This document shows, piece after piece, positions 25,979-39,635 of a stretch of DNA of 64,000 nt. Positions within the stretch are counted from its first letter, which is position 1. Every line of letters starts with the position of its first letter. The DNA is from Octopus sinensis (lineage: Eukaryota), in assembly GCF_006345805.1 (NCBI RefSeq), contig NC_043005.1, forward strand, positions 82,150,001 through 82,214,000, read 5' to 3'. The translations under genes and the position numbers were made by a program. Below the pieces are notes generated by a model. The model did not search any database. It saw nothing but the letters and a program-made list of their open reading frames with translations, and was not told the origin of the DNA.

Positions 25979-27427
25979 CTTCGCTATAAAAGGTCAGGTT
26001 TCTTGTCTACGCCTCTATAGAGGTGCACAAATATACAAGTATTTATATTACAGTGTGCAATATTTATGTCGGTGAGTATACTAAAGAACATAATATTAGA
26101 ACATTTGTCCATTTTCTTCCATTTTCTTAATATTAACCATAGAACAATTCCTTACGTATATTTATTATCGGAAATTCACTTTCACGCGCTATCCTTTGAC
26201 AACTCGCTGCAAAAGGCATTCTTTAAAAAGAAAATCGATATGTTTTATGGAATTTAATATAGTTCAATAACATAAACTAAAAATCAAAGTTCTAGATGTT
26301 AACGCATGTAGCTGGGAAGATAAACGTAGAAACTCTAAATTTAATTTACTTCTCACATGCACCAATTTTAGCGGAAGAAAAATTTTCCTTGTGGTTCTGA
26401 AGAACGCGCGTTACGATAGTATTGACATGATTTTTTTGGCGTTCTTTTTTTTTGTTACCGCCTACAGAATAACGTTTCATAATGGATATGCTTTAGGGCA
26501 AATATTAATGGAAAAGCGCGATACATATTTTTTGTGAACGCTTTTTCTACGTATTGATTCAAATATTACTTCTACTTCATATAATCATAACACACATCAT
26601 TACATTGGTTTCTACATGTTGTGGTTGTTGCTGATATGTATAGTCCCAGGTTAAATCAAATAGAAAGAACCTGTGGTTGAAGATACTCCAAATGTGACCA
26701 TCCCATCCATCATATATCAATAACTATATTATCAGTTCTACCTTTATTTGTAAACGAACGGAATTGTATTTTGAAGGAGATCATTTGGATTTTATTTCTA
26801 ACGCATGACACAATCACATAGATCTTATCCGAATGCTTCGTAATGTGATAAAAATGGTTCCATGGTTACAGGATGAAATATCATACGATTTCAAATTTTA
26901 TTTTGTGTACCGAGTTAATATTGTTTTCAACCAAAACAAATATATTCAGAGAAGAAAAAAAATGACACATTTATCTGGTCATCATGATATCCGTATACAT
27001 GTTATCAAAAGTCCTCTGCTAAATTCTTCTACCACTTAACTTCTCATATACATACAATATTGCGCTGACGAATTCGGTCTCCAGGGTATATGTAGCAGAG
27101 ACCATGGTGTCTTTGATATAACTTTCTTTTCTGTGCAGCTATCTATCTTTCGTTTTACATCTCTGGAACATAATACAATAAAGACTTATCCTTGAAGGTC
27201 TAATTCAATTAGGCATTAAATCCTCGTGGAAATTCAATACTCAGTTCCAAATAAACGCAATGTGCGTAGGGACTAAGTATGTATACTGATGTTTATCTTC
27301 ATTGCCCACTAGAGGGGTTCTGTATGTCATAACTAGTAACACAGCAAGACACAGTGGTAGTCTAAATATTGTACTAGAAGCTGACTGGATAATGATGCTT
27401 TACGCGGAGCTCTAACTCACGCAGTAG

Positions 27428-27693
27428 TAGCCGTACGGCATAGTGGTTAGAACTTGGGGTCAAAAATCACGAGGTCGTGTGTTCGATTCCCGGACCAGAA
27501 TGTGTGTTGTGTTCTTGTGATAAACTGTATCGGCCTTTGCCTCTCCCTTGGATAACATCGGTGGTGTGGAGAGGGGAGACTTGTATGCATGGATGACTGC
27601 TAGACTTCTATAAACAAATTTGCCTGGATTTGTGCCTCGCAGGGGAACTTTCTACTCACAATCCTTGGGTCATTCATGACCGAAGAGGGTCTT
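27428..27693 (+). mobile_element. SINE family C with internal deletion
   Basis: GGCATAGTGGTTAG and GTTCGATTCCCGGACC head; 3' half matches 16400-16571. Confidence 0.88.
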
Positions 27694-28019
27694 TATGTAT
27701 GTTCATGCGTGTATGTTAATGTGTAAGTTATATATCTAAAGCCTCTCCTTGTTTGTCTCCTCTATGTTTAGCCCCTTGTGGGTAGTAAAGAAGTATATAT
27801 ATCTAAAGTCATTGCAAAAACATGTTAGCATCAGCGCACAATTCCCGATTGCTAATAGTTATTGTAAAAGACAGTACTCCTGCCTAGTTTCTTGAACATG
27901 TTTGAGTTTCTTCGCAGCAAAATATTTTCGCATATACGATGGAAAAGTCTCACACCGTATGTAGGTTATTCGCTGCTTAGTCAGCAAGTCTCATACGCGC
28001 TTATATATACGTGTGTGTG

Positions 28020-28094
<75 letters not shown>

Positions 28095-28882
28095 TGTATG
28101 TATGTATGTATGTATGTATGTATGTGTGTATGTATGTATATTGACAGTTTCTTATTAATAATTTAACGCGGAAAGAAAAGTCATTGAAGCAAAATATATA
28201 TCGTATAGATTATGCAGGAAAATCGAATTCCATAGAGCGGATATGATTTCTTGAAAAGCAAACGTAAATCAATAAACAACAAAGCAACATTAATTTATTG
28301 AAGGTTACATACGTAATCGCGTATTAGTTCATTTCATGCTAATGTATCTTTTAAAATTTAATTGCATCGTTGGCTCAAATCTTACAAGTTCAGCCATGCT
28401 TTACTTCAGCTATATTTCATGCTTGCTCTCGTGAAAGTTATGAAGAAATACCAAATCAGATTTTCCTTCAAGTATGTAAGTCAGTTCTGCTGTAATATAC
28501 AACATGAAGTCCCATGCGTTACCCTGGTTCAGACAGCTATTGAAAAGCGGTTCAAAGACCTGTAGCAATAGTGTAGCTACACTTACGCTCTATGTTAGAC
28601 TTCCTGTAAGTAAATAATTATGTATTTATTTATTCCTAAACCTGTGTGTTTTCGTAGCGAGGGAAATAAAGAGATATCTGAAAGTTAATCGGATTTGCGG
28701 GGATACGTTACGCGTGTATAAAACTCGTGGGGAAACTATGTGTGTGCAGTTGACTTCGCATTCGTTCGCATCTTGAAAATCGATAGCATAATGAGTGTGG
28801 ACTGTACCTATCCGTCCATGCATGCAGCCATGCAACAGTATACTCACATATATGCTCTCACAAATATATATGTACATCTATA

Positions 28883-28964
<82 letters not shown>

Positions 28965-28972
28965 GAAGAAGA

Positions 28973-29115
28973 AGAGTTCAAATTCCGTCGCGGTCGGCTT
29001 TGCCTTTCTTCCTTTCGGAGTAGATAAATTAAGTAGCCGTTCCGTAATGGGCATCGATCTTATCAACTGGCCCCTTCCCCCAAAATTTCGGGCCTTGTGC
29101 CTAGAGTAGAACAGA
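28973..29115 (+). mobile_element. 5'-truncated SINE family A variant
   Basis: Starts at GAGTTCAAATTCC; central segment plus AAATTTCGGGCCTTGTGCCTAGAGTAGAA tail. Confidence 0.8.
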
Positions 29116-29465
29116 ATATGTGGCTTCAATTTCAGATAACCTGGGTCAGTCTTGGTTAACTCTCTTCGGCGATACGCTCGAGCGGCCCGATGGCTTTTGA
29201 GTGAATGTCGTTGATTGAGACTTGCGAATTTTAATCGAAGTTATATGAATACACAGACTAACATACACACGCGTACGTATTGGTATGCCAAAATTAGATG
29301 ACAAAATATGTTCTCGTCTTGAAATAAGTAGTGATGACTAATATTTTGACTCTGACCAAAACACATGAAGTCGTTGCTCCGACATTGCCGAAATACAATG
29401 GTGCAAACAATTAAAAGAATATTTTCGATTTTATGTGTTTTATGCGTATATAAGTGTGGTATTCG

Positions 29466-29528
<63 letters not shown>

Positions 29529-29541
29529 AATATATGTATGT

Positions 29542-29824
29542 GGAGGCGCAATGGCCCAGTGGTTAGGGCAGCGGACTCGCGGTTTCGATTTCCAGACCGG
29601 TCGTTGTGTATATTTATTGAGCGAAAGCACCTAATAGCTCCATGACGCTCCGGCAGGGGGTGGTGATCCCTGCTGTTCTCTTTCACCACTCTTTCTCTCA
29701 CTCTTTCGTCTGTTGGCCTGCTCGCTTGGCCAGCGGGGTGGCGTCATACGAAGGCTAAAACAATGCGAACGCATTGTGACCAGCGATGTGTAGCAACATC
29801 TGATGGTCTGGTCGGTCACGTGAT

Positions 29825-29832
<8 letters not shown>
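29542..29832 (+). mobile_element. tRNA-derived SINE family E with CACGTGAT/(AT)n tail
   Basis: TGGCCCAGTGGTTAGGGCAGCGGACTCGCGG head, box B GGTTTCGATTTCC; 5' half shared with 1468-1772. Confidence 0.85.
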
Positions 29833-29858
<26 letters not shown>

Positions 29859-30316
29859 CCTCTGTCTAACAGATAGTAATTATATTTCATTTAAAACTAA
29901 TGTGGTATAGAAATGTATCTGGAAATAAGTTTGGTCATGATGTTTAATGTATCAAATTGGCTATTCGTGGTCGAAATATTCTTAGCCTGTCAGAATATAT
30001 TTGCATTCCAATTTGCATATAACATTTGTCATATGCAATCTTAATATAAGACTTACACGCAAAGAATCTTTCGCTTTTGTTCATCGGTTATGAACGGACT
30101 TAGAATGTTTTATTTAAAAATCCGCTATCATTTAAAAATAAGTTAGGATAATTGAACGACAACAATCTCATCTATTATATGACTTCACTATTAATTGACG
30201 AAATTCTTTTTTCACTATTTGTCAATGCATAGTAAATTCGTAAAATGAATTGATTGTAATTTCATTGTTGAGAACTATTTCTGGGTAAACAATTAAGCCC
30301 CTTCAGGCTGAGTCAC

Positions 30317-30317
<1 letters not shown>

Positions 30318-30408
<91 letters not shown>

Positions 30409-30466
30409 CATATCTATATATCTACATATCGATCTATCTATCTATCTACATATCTATATATCTACA

Positions 30467-30544
<78 letters not shown>

Positions 30545-30580
30545 CTATCTATCTATCTATATCTATCTATCTATCTATCT

Positions 30581-30617
<37 letters not shown>

Positions 30618-30703
30618 ATATCTATCTATCTATCTATCTATATAACTTTACAGTTGTATTTGTCCCCTCTGTGTCCAGCCCTGTGTGGCCAATAAAGAAA
30701 GTT

Positions 30704-30734
<31 letters not shown>

Positions 30735-30812
30735 TCTATCTATCTATCTATCTATCTCTCTATCTATCTATCTAGCTATCTATCTATATATATATATATA
30801 TATATATACATA

Positions 30813-30855
<43 letters not shown>

Positions 30856-30890
30856 CTATATATATTATATATATATATATATATATCTGT
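30318..30890. repeat. (TATC)n and (TA)n arrays, with a short SINE tail fragment near 30655-30700
   Basis: Directly visible; includes a duplicated interruption TCTACATATCTATATATCTACATATC. Confidence 0.95.
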
Positions 30891-31052
30891 GGCTGGCTGT
30901 CTGTTTGTCCACCTTCCATTCTACATATATTTAAATATTCACCTACCTATTTACCTTGTCATCTGTGTGTTTATTTATATATTTGCTTATTTAGATTTCT
31001 CTTCTTATCCCTTTATATGCATATGTATATATATATGTATATGTGCATATAC

Positions 31053-31174
31053 GTCTACAGATCTACTCTGACTCGGAGTGGTAGCTCTTGTTAGGTTTCT
31101 AGCAATGGGTTCATTAGAATGAGAAGGGCCCCTTCCCCGTTTCGCATTTGGCATTCCCTCTACGTGAAGGTAAT
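31053..31174 (-). other. Candidate coding exon (unverified)
   Basis: Strong acceptor TTTGTTTCTATTTCTTTTATACAAG|; GC-richer open frame (D)YLHVEGMPNAKRGRGPSHSNEPIARNLTRATTPSQSRSVD; weak donor GAC|GTATAT. Confidence 0.3.
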
Positions 31175-31392
31175 CTTGTATAAAAGAAATAGAAACAAAC
31201 AGAAAAATGTCCATGAAAAGCAATTTCGTTTCTGGTCGTCTTAGCCTTTGTTGTGGCACTAATTTTTATAGCCGTCTCAGCTGAAATACTGTGTATATTT
31301 ATACCCTCGGAACAAATTTACGCTCAGGCACGTCGAAGCTCTCAAGGTTTTTATCAAGTTTACAAAATTGTGTGATTCATTCTTATTTATCT

Positions 31393-31431
<39 letters not shown>

Positions 31432-31698
31432 GAAATATGTTACAAAAAAAATAATAAAATACACGTGGAAATGTATGGGTAAAATATGAAACATCAACGA
31501 AAATGCACATTGCAAATAAAAAAAAGGCTTTTTATGACAGGTGACGACAAATATATGCATTTAGATGAACTGAGGTAGTAATAAAAGTCAAAAAAGTCAT
31601 TATTATGAGATGATTATAAGATGATAATAAAGTAAGACAACAAAGCGAACCATGATTTCAGCAAAAACTATTCATCGCTTTGAAAACACTGGCTAATA

Positions 31699-31741
<43 letters not shown>

Positions 31742-31784
31742 TATATATTTATTTATTTATAGTGTATATATAGTGTGTATATGT

Positions 31785-32108
31785 ATATCAGGCTAAGAAA
31801 AAAGTAAGCAACGTTTTGAAACATGAAATTCATCACAATATATTAAAATAATGCGGAAATTTTATTCATCTAAATAAGTACCATTAAATTCAACACGTTT
31901 TTGCCAACAAGTTACAATTTTGTTTATTCTGATAGCATAAAAATCTGGAGTTTTTGAGCTGATGAACTCTTTCAATGTACTTTCAGCATCGGTTTGATTT
32001 TTGAACTCCTTGTCTCGCAGAAAATCATCAAGCTGCTTGAAAAAGTGGTAGTCGGTAGGAGAAAGGTTTGGAGAATAAGCTTGGTGGGGAGGCGATTCGT
32101 AGCCAAGT
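31785..32108 (-). mobile_element. Mariner transposase C-terminal relic with 3' TIR-like end
   Basis: YESPPHQAYSPNLSPTDYHFFKQLDDFL..INKIVTCWQKRVEFNGTYLDE*; TATCAGGCTAAGAAAAAAGTAAGCAACG near 31785-31812. Confidence 0.9.
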
Positions 32109-32227
32109 ATATATACGCATGTAAATATGTGTATGTATATGTATTTGTGTGTATGGGGGGTAGGTATGTGCGTATATACATGTATAAATATGTGATTATG
32201 TATATACATACATACAAACATACTGCA

Positions 32228-32258
<31 letters not shown>

Positions 32259-32289
32259 ACACACACACACATACACACACACACACACA

Positions 32290-32361
<72 letters not shown>

Positions 32362-32669
32362 CTGAAGTATAGCGAATTTCCCAATTTTACCACATTGAAT
32401 ACATAAGTCAGGAATTTCTTCTTTTGTTCGCTAGAAGATTTAACAGGAGACAAAAAGTGACTAAATATTGGCAGCAATTTTATTCCTCTGAAGTTTTATC
32501 GAAACCAAATCCAATCATAAAATAGAGATGAAAATACCGACAATAAATTTTAATTAATAAACATATTTATTACCATAAAGACACACCAAATGTAGATAAT
32601 TTTCATTAATCATAATTATTATAGATAATTAATCTATGATATAGATTAATGATCAATTCTGCAATTCTC

Positions 32670-33725
32670 TTGCAAATGGCCAAGCGTTTGCTTAACACTG
32701 CGCCTCTTATCCCTATAATGGAGGTTATAGTAAGCCGCATCATTATTAATAACTCTGTGAACCAATAAAATTCTTTCGGAGTTATTTCATTTAATATTTT
32801 TGAAACACATTTTGTAATGAAATCTGGTTATTAAATTTTCCATTGTGCCAACACTTTTAAGAGTTATTTCCTCTTCATTATCATTATCGACATCTTTAAT
32901 TTCCTCTTGCATGTCAATCAGCCCCACTGGTCAGAGGCCTTGAAAGAGACATTGTTAGTTCAATCAGCTATTCAGTGGGGATTTACAAGTGAAGTTGGCT
33001 CTTAAGCGAAGCAAGTTCTGTTGTGACAGCTTGAGAAGCTATCCTGTACGCAGTTTAGAAACGGTATTATATCTGGGTATTATTTTCTCTAGCAGCTTTG
33101 TTTCGCTGACATTTTTATCTCGTCCCAGCAGACTCCCGTATGATTGATAGCATTACGGATTCTATAGCGTTACACAACTCCTTTTGTTTTAAACACTTCT
33201 TTATCAACTGCATTGATACCCATGGTTAACAGATATCATCGTGTGATACCATTTCAAGTTTGATATTACTGCTTGGTACTTTGGAAATATTTTCCTTTTT
33301 TTATTTAGAAGTAAGAAAGATATAACTTTAATTTCAGAACAAAGACGTACAATACTTTCGAATGTCTACAAGCAACATCGCATAGTCACAATGTCTTAAA
33401 TGATAAATTACTGCAGGCAAAATAACATTTAACTGAAGAATCAACGTGAAAATTAAGCAACCTTGAATCGTAGCTGCAGTAACACAAATATTATGGATTT
33501 CACTTTTAAAATTCTGATAATATTTCAAACTCTTTCGTACAGTCTAATTTGTCCTCTGTGATTGACTAGCATGGTTTTTCCTTTCACAGCCACCAGGTAA
33601 ATACCTATGTTACTACCAACAACTAATGTCACTCCGTACTCAGATGTATTATGCCAAAAAAAAATGTTATACCGAAATGACATGTTCTTTTTGGCAAATT
33701 TTTCCCAGAGCACTAGTGTCGTCAC
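32670..33725 (-). mobile_element. Decayed Tigger/pogo-family (DDE_1) transposase
   Basis: Collinear relics across frameshifts: DDT..WKNLPKRT, VTLVVGSN..KTMLVNH, QAVISNLKWY, INAVDKE..YRIRNAINHTGVCWDEIK, and NSERILLVHRVINNDAAYYNLHYRDKRRSVKQTL, resembling Tigger motifs. Confidence 0.75.
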
Positions 33726-34025
33726 CTCCTTTCTCTTGTGTAATAAAACTGAACTTTTCTAGAATATCCGCAAAAGTTTGAATAAATCTTTTTGGAGTTT
33801 TTTTTCTGTAGCTATTCGTGCAGTTATATTAAGGTTACAGAAAGCTGACATTTACTTTAACTTTTCAAACAACCTTATGCCTGCCTGAAACCCTCAAAAC
33901 TCAAAAATCTGTTCTATATATTCCTTTCATTCTGCATATAAACTCATCATGATTTTCAGTATATAACAAAATCCACCCCCTCCCACATGCCGGGATATGC
34001 ATGTGAATGTGTGTGTATGTATATG

Positions 34026-34068
<43 letters not shown>

Positions 34069-34521
34069 GGTAATAAGAATTATAGAAATTATTACCAGTG
34101 GCCTAGCACAAAAAAAGTCAATAGACTATATATCATTCACATAAAAATATCGTGTACATTAGAACACATTAAGAGGCTTCCAAGTAGGAAAGCCTTGTGC
34201 TAGAAAGAGCAGTAGAAAACTCAATCCACTAATTATGGATAAATTCTCGAAAGGATTGAAAATTAAAAACGTTTACCATCTAATTTAGTTCCTAGACCAT
34301 AGTTTCTAACTCATTCCAGTAAAAAAATATTTACTGAGGCTAGTTTTCGTCAGTAGGGAGCCTTTAGATTTCAAATATACACACAACTAGATTCGCATGT
34401 AAACTAGTTGCCTGTATATCCTAATTTTTCAAAACAACTGCCTCGATGCAGTTCATTTCCGGCAACAGAGAGGATGCCGGTAAAATTTCGAACAAATCTA
34501 TCAAAAAATATTTAAACATAG

Positions 34522-35088
34522 TACGACAACTGGCGATGCTCAGCTCAGTGGTTGGACGCCGACGAAGGCCCACGGCACTTCCTGAAGCCAAACCTGCAGC
34601 AAAAGAAGGTCATTATGACTGTTTGGTGGTCTGCGGGCGGTCTTATCCATTACAGCTTTTTGCATCCAGTCGAAACCATTACAGGGGAGAAGTACTGTCA
34701 GCAAGTGGATGAAATGCATATGAAACTTCGACAACAACATCCAGCATTGGTCAATAGACAAGGACCAATTCTTCTCCACGATAACGCTCGGCCGCACGTC
34801 ACACAACTGACCCTGCAGAAGTTGAACGAATTGCACTACGAAACTGCCTCATCCGCCATACTCACCTGACCTTTCGCCTACCAATGCCAAACACGCCTTC
34901 AACGACTTCATCGCCACCAGAACGCAGGATTTTTACACTATTGACATAAATCAACTTGTTTCGCGTTGGCAAAAGTGTGTTGATTCTGGCGGTGCTTATT
35001 TCGATTAATAAAATTTTGTTTGAGCCAAGATATGTGCATCTGAATTGAAATGTTAAAAACCGTAAGAACTTTCTCGACAACCTATTAC
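34522..35088 (+). mobile_element. Mariner transposon 3' half with TIR
   Basis: YDNWRCSAQWLDADEGPRHFLKPNLQQKKVIMTVWWSAGGLIHYSFL..PILLHDNARPHV, then SPDLSPT, an internal deletion, and QLVSRWQKCVDSGGAYFD*; TIR AACCGTAAGAACTTTCTCGACAACCTATTA at ~35058-35087. Confidence 0.95.
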
Positions 35089-38000
35089 CTATTTTTCATC
35101 TCCAGTAGAAGACATTTGCCCGAGGTAGTGTACAGAAGAACTGGACACGAAACCACACATTTTCGAAGTGCATTTCGTATCTATATAGCCATGCCCATGT
35201 TAAGTTATATAAAATAATTAAAACCCCAAATTTTCAGTGGGTTCATATTTCATTAGAACCAAAGTAATAAAATATACAGCAATATATTCGTTTCTAATAC
35301 TGCAATGTCTAACTGCAATTAAAAGCAAACGAAAAAGCAGTTCAAAGACCGGAGTTATTAGCACGAATATATTTGATGATGATACGAGACGAGCTGGTGC
35401 GAACGATTTTGCTTTCCAGTTTTGCTATATAAAAATATATAATCTGCATGTGATAAATGAAGATATGATATTTGAATTATCGAATATAATAGAACGAAGG
35501 AGAATTATAGACATATAAATGATAGGCCTGTCGATTAAAAAAAATAATACCCAATACAAGAAAATATTGACATAATGTAGATATTATATAAAAGAAAGTA
35601 TTTCTAACAAAAACCCCTTCAACTGAAAAACTATTGTATTGGCGCATTTTGAATTTATTCATATATTACAAAATCATCGAAATAATATCGATTATTCTAT
35701 AGCTGGAAAGCGTATAAAGATTGTGCTAATTAGAGCTATGCACCGTCATGCAACGCTAATTCAATCATATTATAGATGTAGATTTGTTGAAGTATCGTTA
35801 TGTATTCAGCGGAACATTTGATATGAAAATTCTTCTAACACGAATAACTGATTCTAATATTCCCTTATTTAGATTCAATTAGGCAATATAAGATCTAAAA
35901 ACTGACCAACCAACTACCCCACTATTCAGTGGTGGGGGCGTATTTTCAAAAGAAAACTGAACATTTCGCATTAATACTTATCTAGAATGTACTAGATTGT
36001 TGTTATAAAAATTAATATAATCATTAATAGTTATTGTATATTTTTAAGGAACTGTGCTACAGTTGGCAATCAATAATATTGCGTATTTAAACGCAGTAGA
36101 ATGGTAGAGACGGCCTAATGATGCTTGCATCAATTAGTTACCTCCCTTTGCAGTGAATTATATATCAATGATGTAGAAGCATTCTGTTCACTATTTTGTG
36201 TAATGAACATCCTCTATAAATGCCTCTATGTATAAAATAAACGTAGGTGTATTATTAGTGGAACACAATCGAATATACTGTATATCGTACATATCTAAAT
36301 GTCTCTAAATACGAAATCACTCCTGTCTTGTAATTAGTGGTGTATTTATTAAATTCTTGATTTGTTAGCTACAATCATTAAACTCGAATAAGACTAATAT
36401 TTATTCTCTAGTCTGGTAACTCGTTTAACTCAATCTATATATGAACGGAATATTTCATAACCATACACTCGGTAATGAGACTGGTTATGTAACATATAAA
36501 TGGCCAGTGAATAACCAGTTGCATCTTCTTGGATGTGTTATCACATCATCTCGTTAGGCTAATTAATATGAGCACTATTTCCTCTTTGATCTTCGTAATC
36601 TACAAAAGAAGATGAAATATACAGTATTCATTTTGGATATGAATTAACATAATTCCAAAGTTCTTGTCGACACGTTCGAAATATATTAAATATTTTACAT
36701 GGTTCAATAACAATCGTTGTAGGATCTGATTTAATGTTTGACCGACATCGTCGTTCTCTGCCATTCTATCTATATCTTCACGATAATTTCGGTTTTGTAT
36801 TTAGTTTACAAGATTCTGAATGTGAACTCGTGTGTTGAGAGAAATTGTATTGTTTATTACTGGTCATTAAAATAGTAATAAACACACAAAAGATAATAAA
36901 ATCATGTTATTCCTTTTATTATCTTTTGTCAATTTGCAAGCAATTAAATAATCGAATGTTTAATTTCTCCTTCGGCCAGTCAATCAAACTGCTAGGTTTC
37001 TCAAAGTCCTTTCGTCTCCTCGTTCATGAGAAACCCACTTTACTCTATATCTGCTTCAAGTCTGGCAGATGGATTTGAAGCTGTGAGAGTATTTATTATG
37101 ATCATGAAGATTGAATTCAACAAAACACGGTGAATTCTGTGAAGCAACCAATGAGTTGATGCTTCCATTTCTGGTTGAATCCTCTTCAATCCCCTGCTGG
37201 CAAATAAGAGAAAAATGGATTGCTATGCATTCCAAATTTTCCACAATAAATTCGTTTACGTATTTATTATTAAATTTTGTATTTCAATATGGGAGATTTT
37301 ATACAGTTGTGGCCCTCTAGAATGATATTCATGGGTTATTTTTTTTTTATATTTCACCTCTCATAAAGTGTTAATGTTTGAATAACTATTCCAGTTTAGA
37401 AGACATAAACATTTAAAGATAAGGACACAGTGGACAGATGTCCCTTGGATGCCAAATATGCAATTCATGCTTAAAGCCGTTTTCGTTACTTCCTTCGCAT
37501 ATTATCACCTAAGGATCAATCATGTATGTTTTGAGTGTTGTTTATTGCTCGTGCTTACAAACTAACTGTAGAGGCATATCAAATCCGGTTCCTAAATTTT
37601 ATCTTATATTAATATATACTGTCATACAAAGTAAACTAATGTAAGACACACAGTGAGATTAAGCGCAACGAAATGCTCCGATTTTTATATTGCCAAAAGC
37701 ATTCTACATATATTCTATTACTGCGAGATGTTTCTCTCTATACTGGTTATTGATTTTATTATCGTACTGCAGGACAGTAGGGATCGAGTAAACCCAAGTT
37801 TATGGTTCTTTCCGTCATTTAAATCATACTTTCCTTCACTGATAATCTATTTCCCAATACTATTTTTAACTATTAATAAAATAGCCAAGACGGACAGCTT
37901 GCAAATTTGTGGTTACTCTGCCGAACAAAATGTTTAATAACAATTCTTTCAACACTACGTTCTGAGTTCGAATGCTGCTGAGGTTGACTTTCTATTTTAT

Positions 38001-38631
38001 CATTTTCGGGGTAATCAAAATAAATACCATTTGAAAAAATATCGATTTCTCCACCCTTTAAATTTGACGATCCTGTGCCAAAATTAAGGAAGGATTATTA
38101 AGAGGATAGTCTGCGTGATGTGAGTGCGATCTGGCTGTCATAACTAAGAGTTGCAGCCACCACTTAGTAAAACCAACAGTTGTTCCGTCCCTATACTGAT
38201 TATTGTTGTTTTTTTATCCCCACGTTTAAGAGACAGACCTTTGATCACACACTCGAATGAGCTGAGCATCTCATGTTGATTAGAGCATTAAGAGCACATC
38301 ATACAAAGAATTTTGTCCATTGTAAGAAGATAAGAATTACGACTTATGAAATATTTGACTGACATTTCTAGAAGGAAGCTACATTATTAAAATATATTAC
38401 TGGATCTATTTGAAGAATACCATGTATGCATACTGTATAAAGGGGACAAGAATAGAAGGAAATAACATTCTGTGTCTTTCAAACATACTATCTTTTAGCT
38501 GTGTTCATAAAACAATCTCAGCAATATTTTGATATCACCAGTGACCTCCCCTGCTACGGGATTAAACCAAACTTTCTATTATAATTCCTGTTAATTTCTT
38601 TTCTGAATAGTTTAACATCCTTTCTACTATA

Positions 38632-39050
38632 GCGGTAAGACTTGAAATTTGGGGGAGGGTTTCAGTTGATTTTCTCGATCCTGGTGCTCGCGTTGATCTT
38701 ATTTTATAGTTCCCGTAAGGAAGAAAGACAACGTCGGATATGGTTTAAATTTGAACTCAGAATGTAAAGACGTACAGAATGCCGCTAAGCATTTCGTCCG
38801 GCATGGCAACATTTCTTATTTCGTTATTGTCCACAAGGAGCTAAACATAAAGGGGACAAACAAGGACACATAAATTGGATTAAGTTGATTACATATATCC
38901 CAGTGCGTAACTGGTACTTAATTTATCGACCGCGATAGGATGAAAGGCAAAGTCGATGTCAGCGGTATTTGAACTCAGAACGTAAAGACAGACGAAATAC
39001 TGCTAAGTATTTCACCCGGCGTGTCAATATTTCTGCTAGCTCGCTGCCCT
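38632..39050 (-). mobile_element. Two adjacent family A SINEs (older 38632-38810, younger 38813-39050)
   Basis: Two reverse-complement box B segments (TTTGAACTCAGAA) with different tails. Confidence 0.85.
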
Positions 39051-39577
39051 AAGCACCAGTCTAATATAAACAGCTATTTTATTAAATTCGTCATTATTTT
39101 CAAAAAGAGAAATGAATAGTGGGTTTCTGCTATGAAATCTAAGTTTGTTAATCTCTGTGTAACTACAAGTCATACGGACTACACTATAAAAACTGTACTG
39201 ACTAAGTGTATTGATTAATTCTTATCGCCAGACTATCATAGTCATCCTCTTGGGAAGAATTGGTAGATACTGACGGCGATTTCCGGCTCAGTGTCTGGAA
39301 CATAAACTTGAACCAAATACATAGAGAAGAAAGAGATTTAAGGGAATAAATTATCTGTAGTAGAATGTTGCGATGAAGACAATAGTATGTTAGCTTGATA
39401 GGAATAATAATTTTGCATTAATAGTCAATCTACATAAAGGAAAGATGCGCTATAAATACGTTAACCAGGTTTAATAGTTTCAGCTTTTAAAGCCGAAGCG
39501 AATAAGAGCATTTGAGACATACTCAGATATATCACTTACATCAAGCTCCTACATACAATGAGAAAAATACCCGCAAA

Positions 39578-39635
<58 letters not shown>

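Noticed and set aside
25938-25992. CCAAT plus TATAAAAG core-promoter-like pair on the plus strand
   Set aside because: Short motifs with no supporting downstream exon; the CCAAT lies inside the hairpin, which explains the region better.
28587-28603. 17-nt minus-strand micro-exon (TTACTTACAG|...|GTAAGT)
   Set aside because: Good splice signals, but phase-incompatible with the neighbouring candidates; such matches are expected by chance in 64 kb.
29542-29610. tRNA gene-like sequences (also near 1468, 8530, 16231, 27428)
   Set aside because: Box A and box B are present, but there is no complete cloverleaf and each runs into a SINE body.
33590-33596. 7-nt micro-exon-like TTTCACAG|CCACCAG|GTAAAT
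   Set aside because: Lies inside the antisense Tigger transposase relic and is not a multiple of three.
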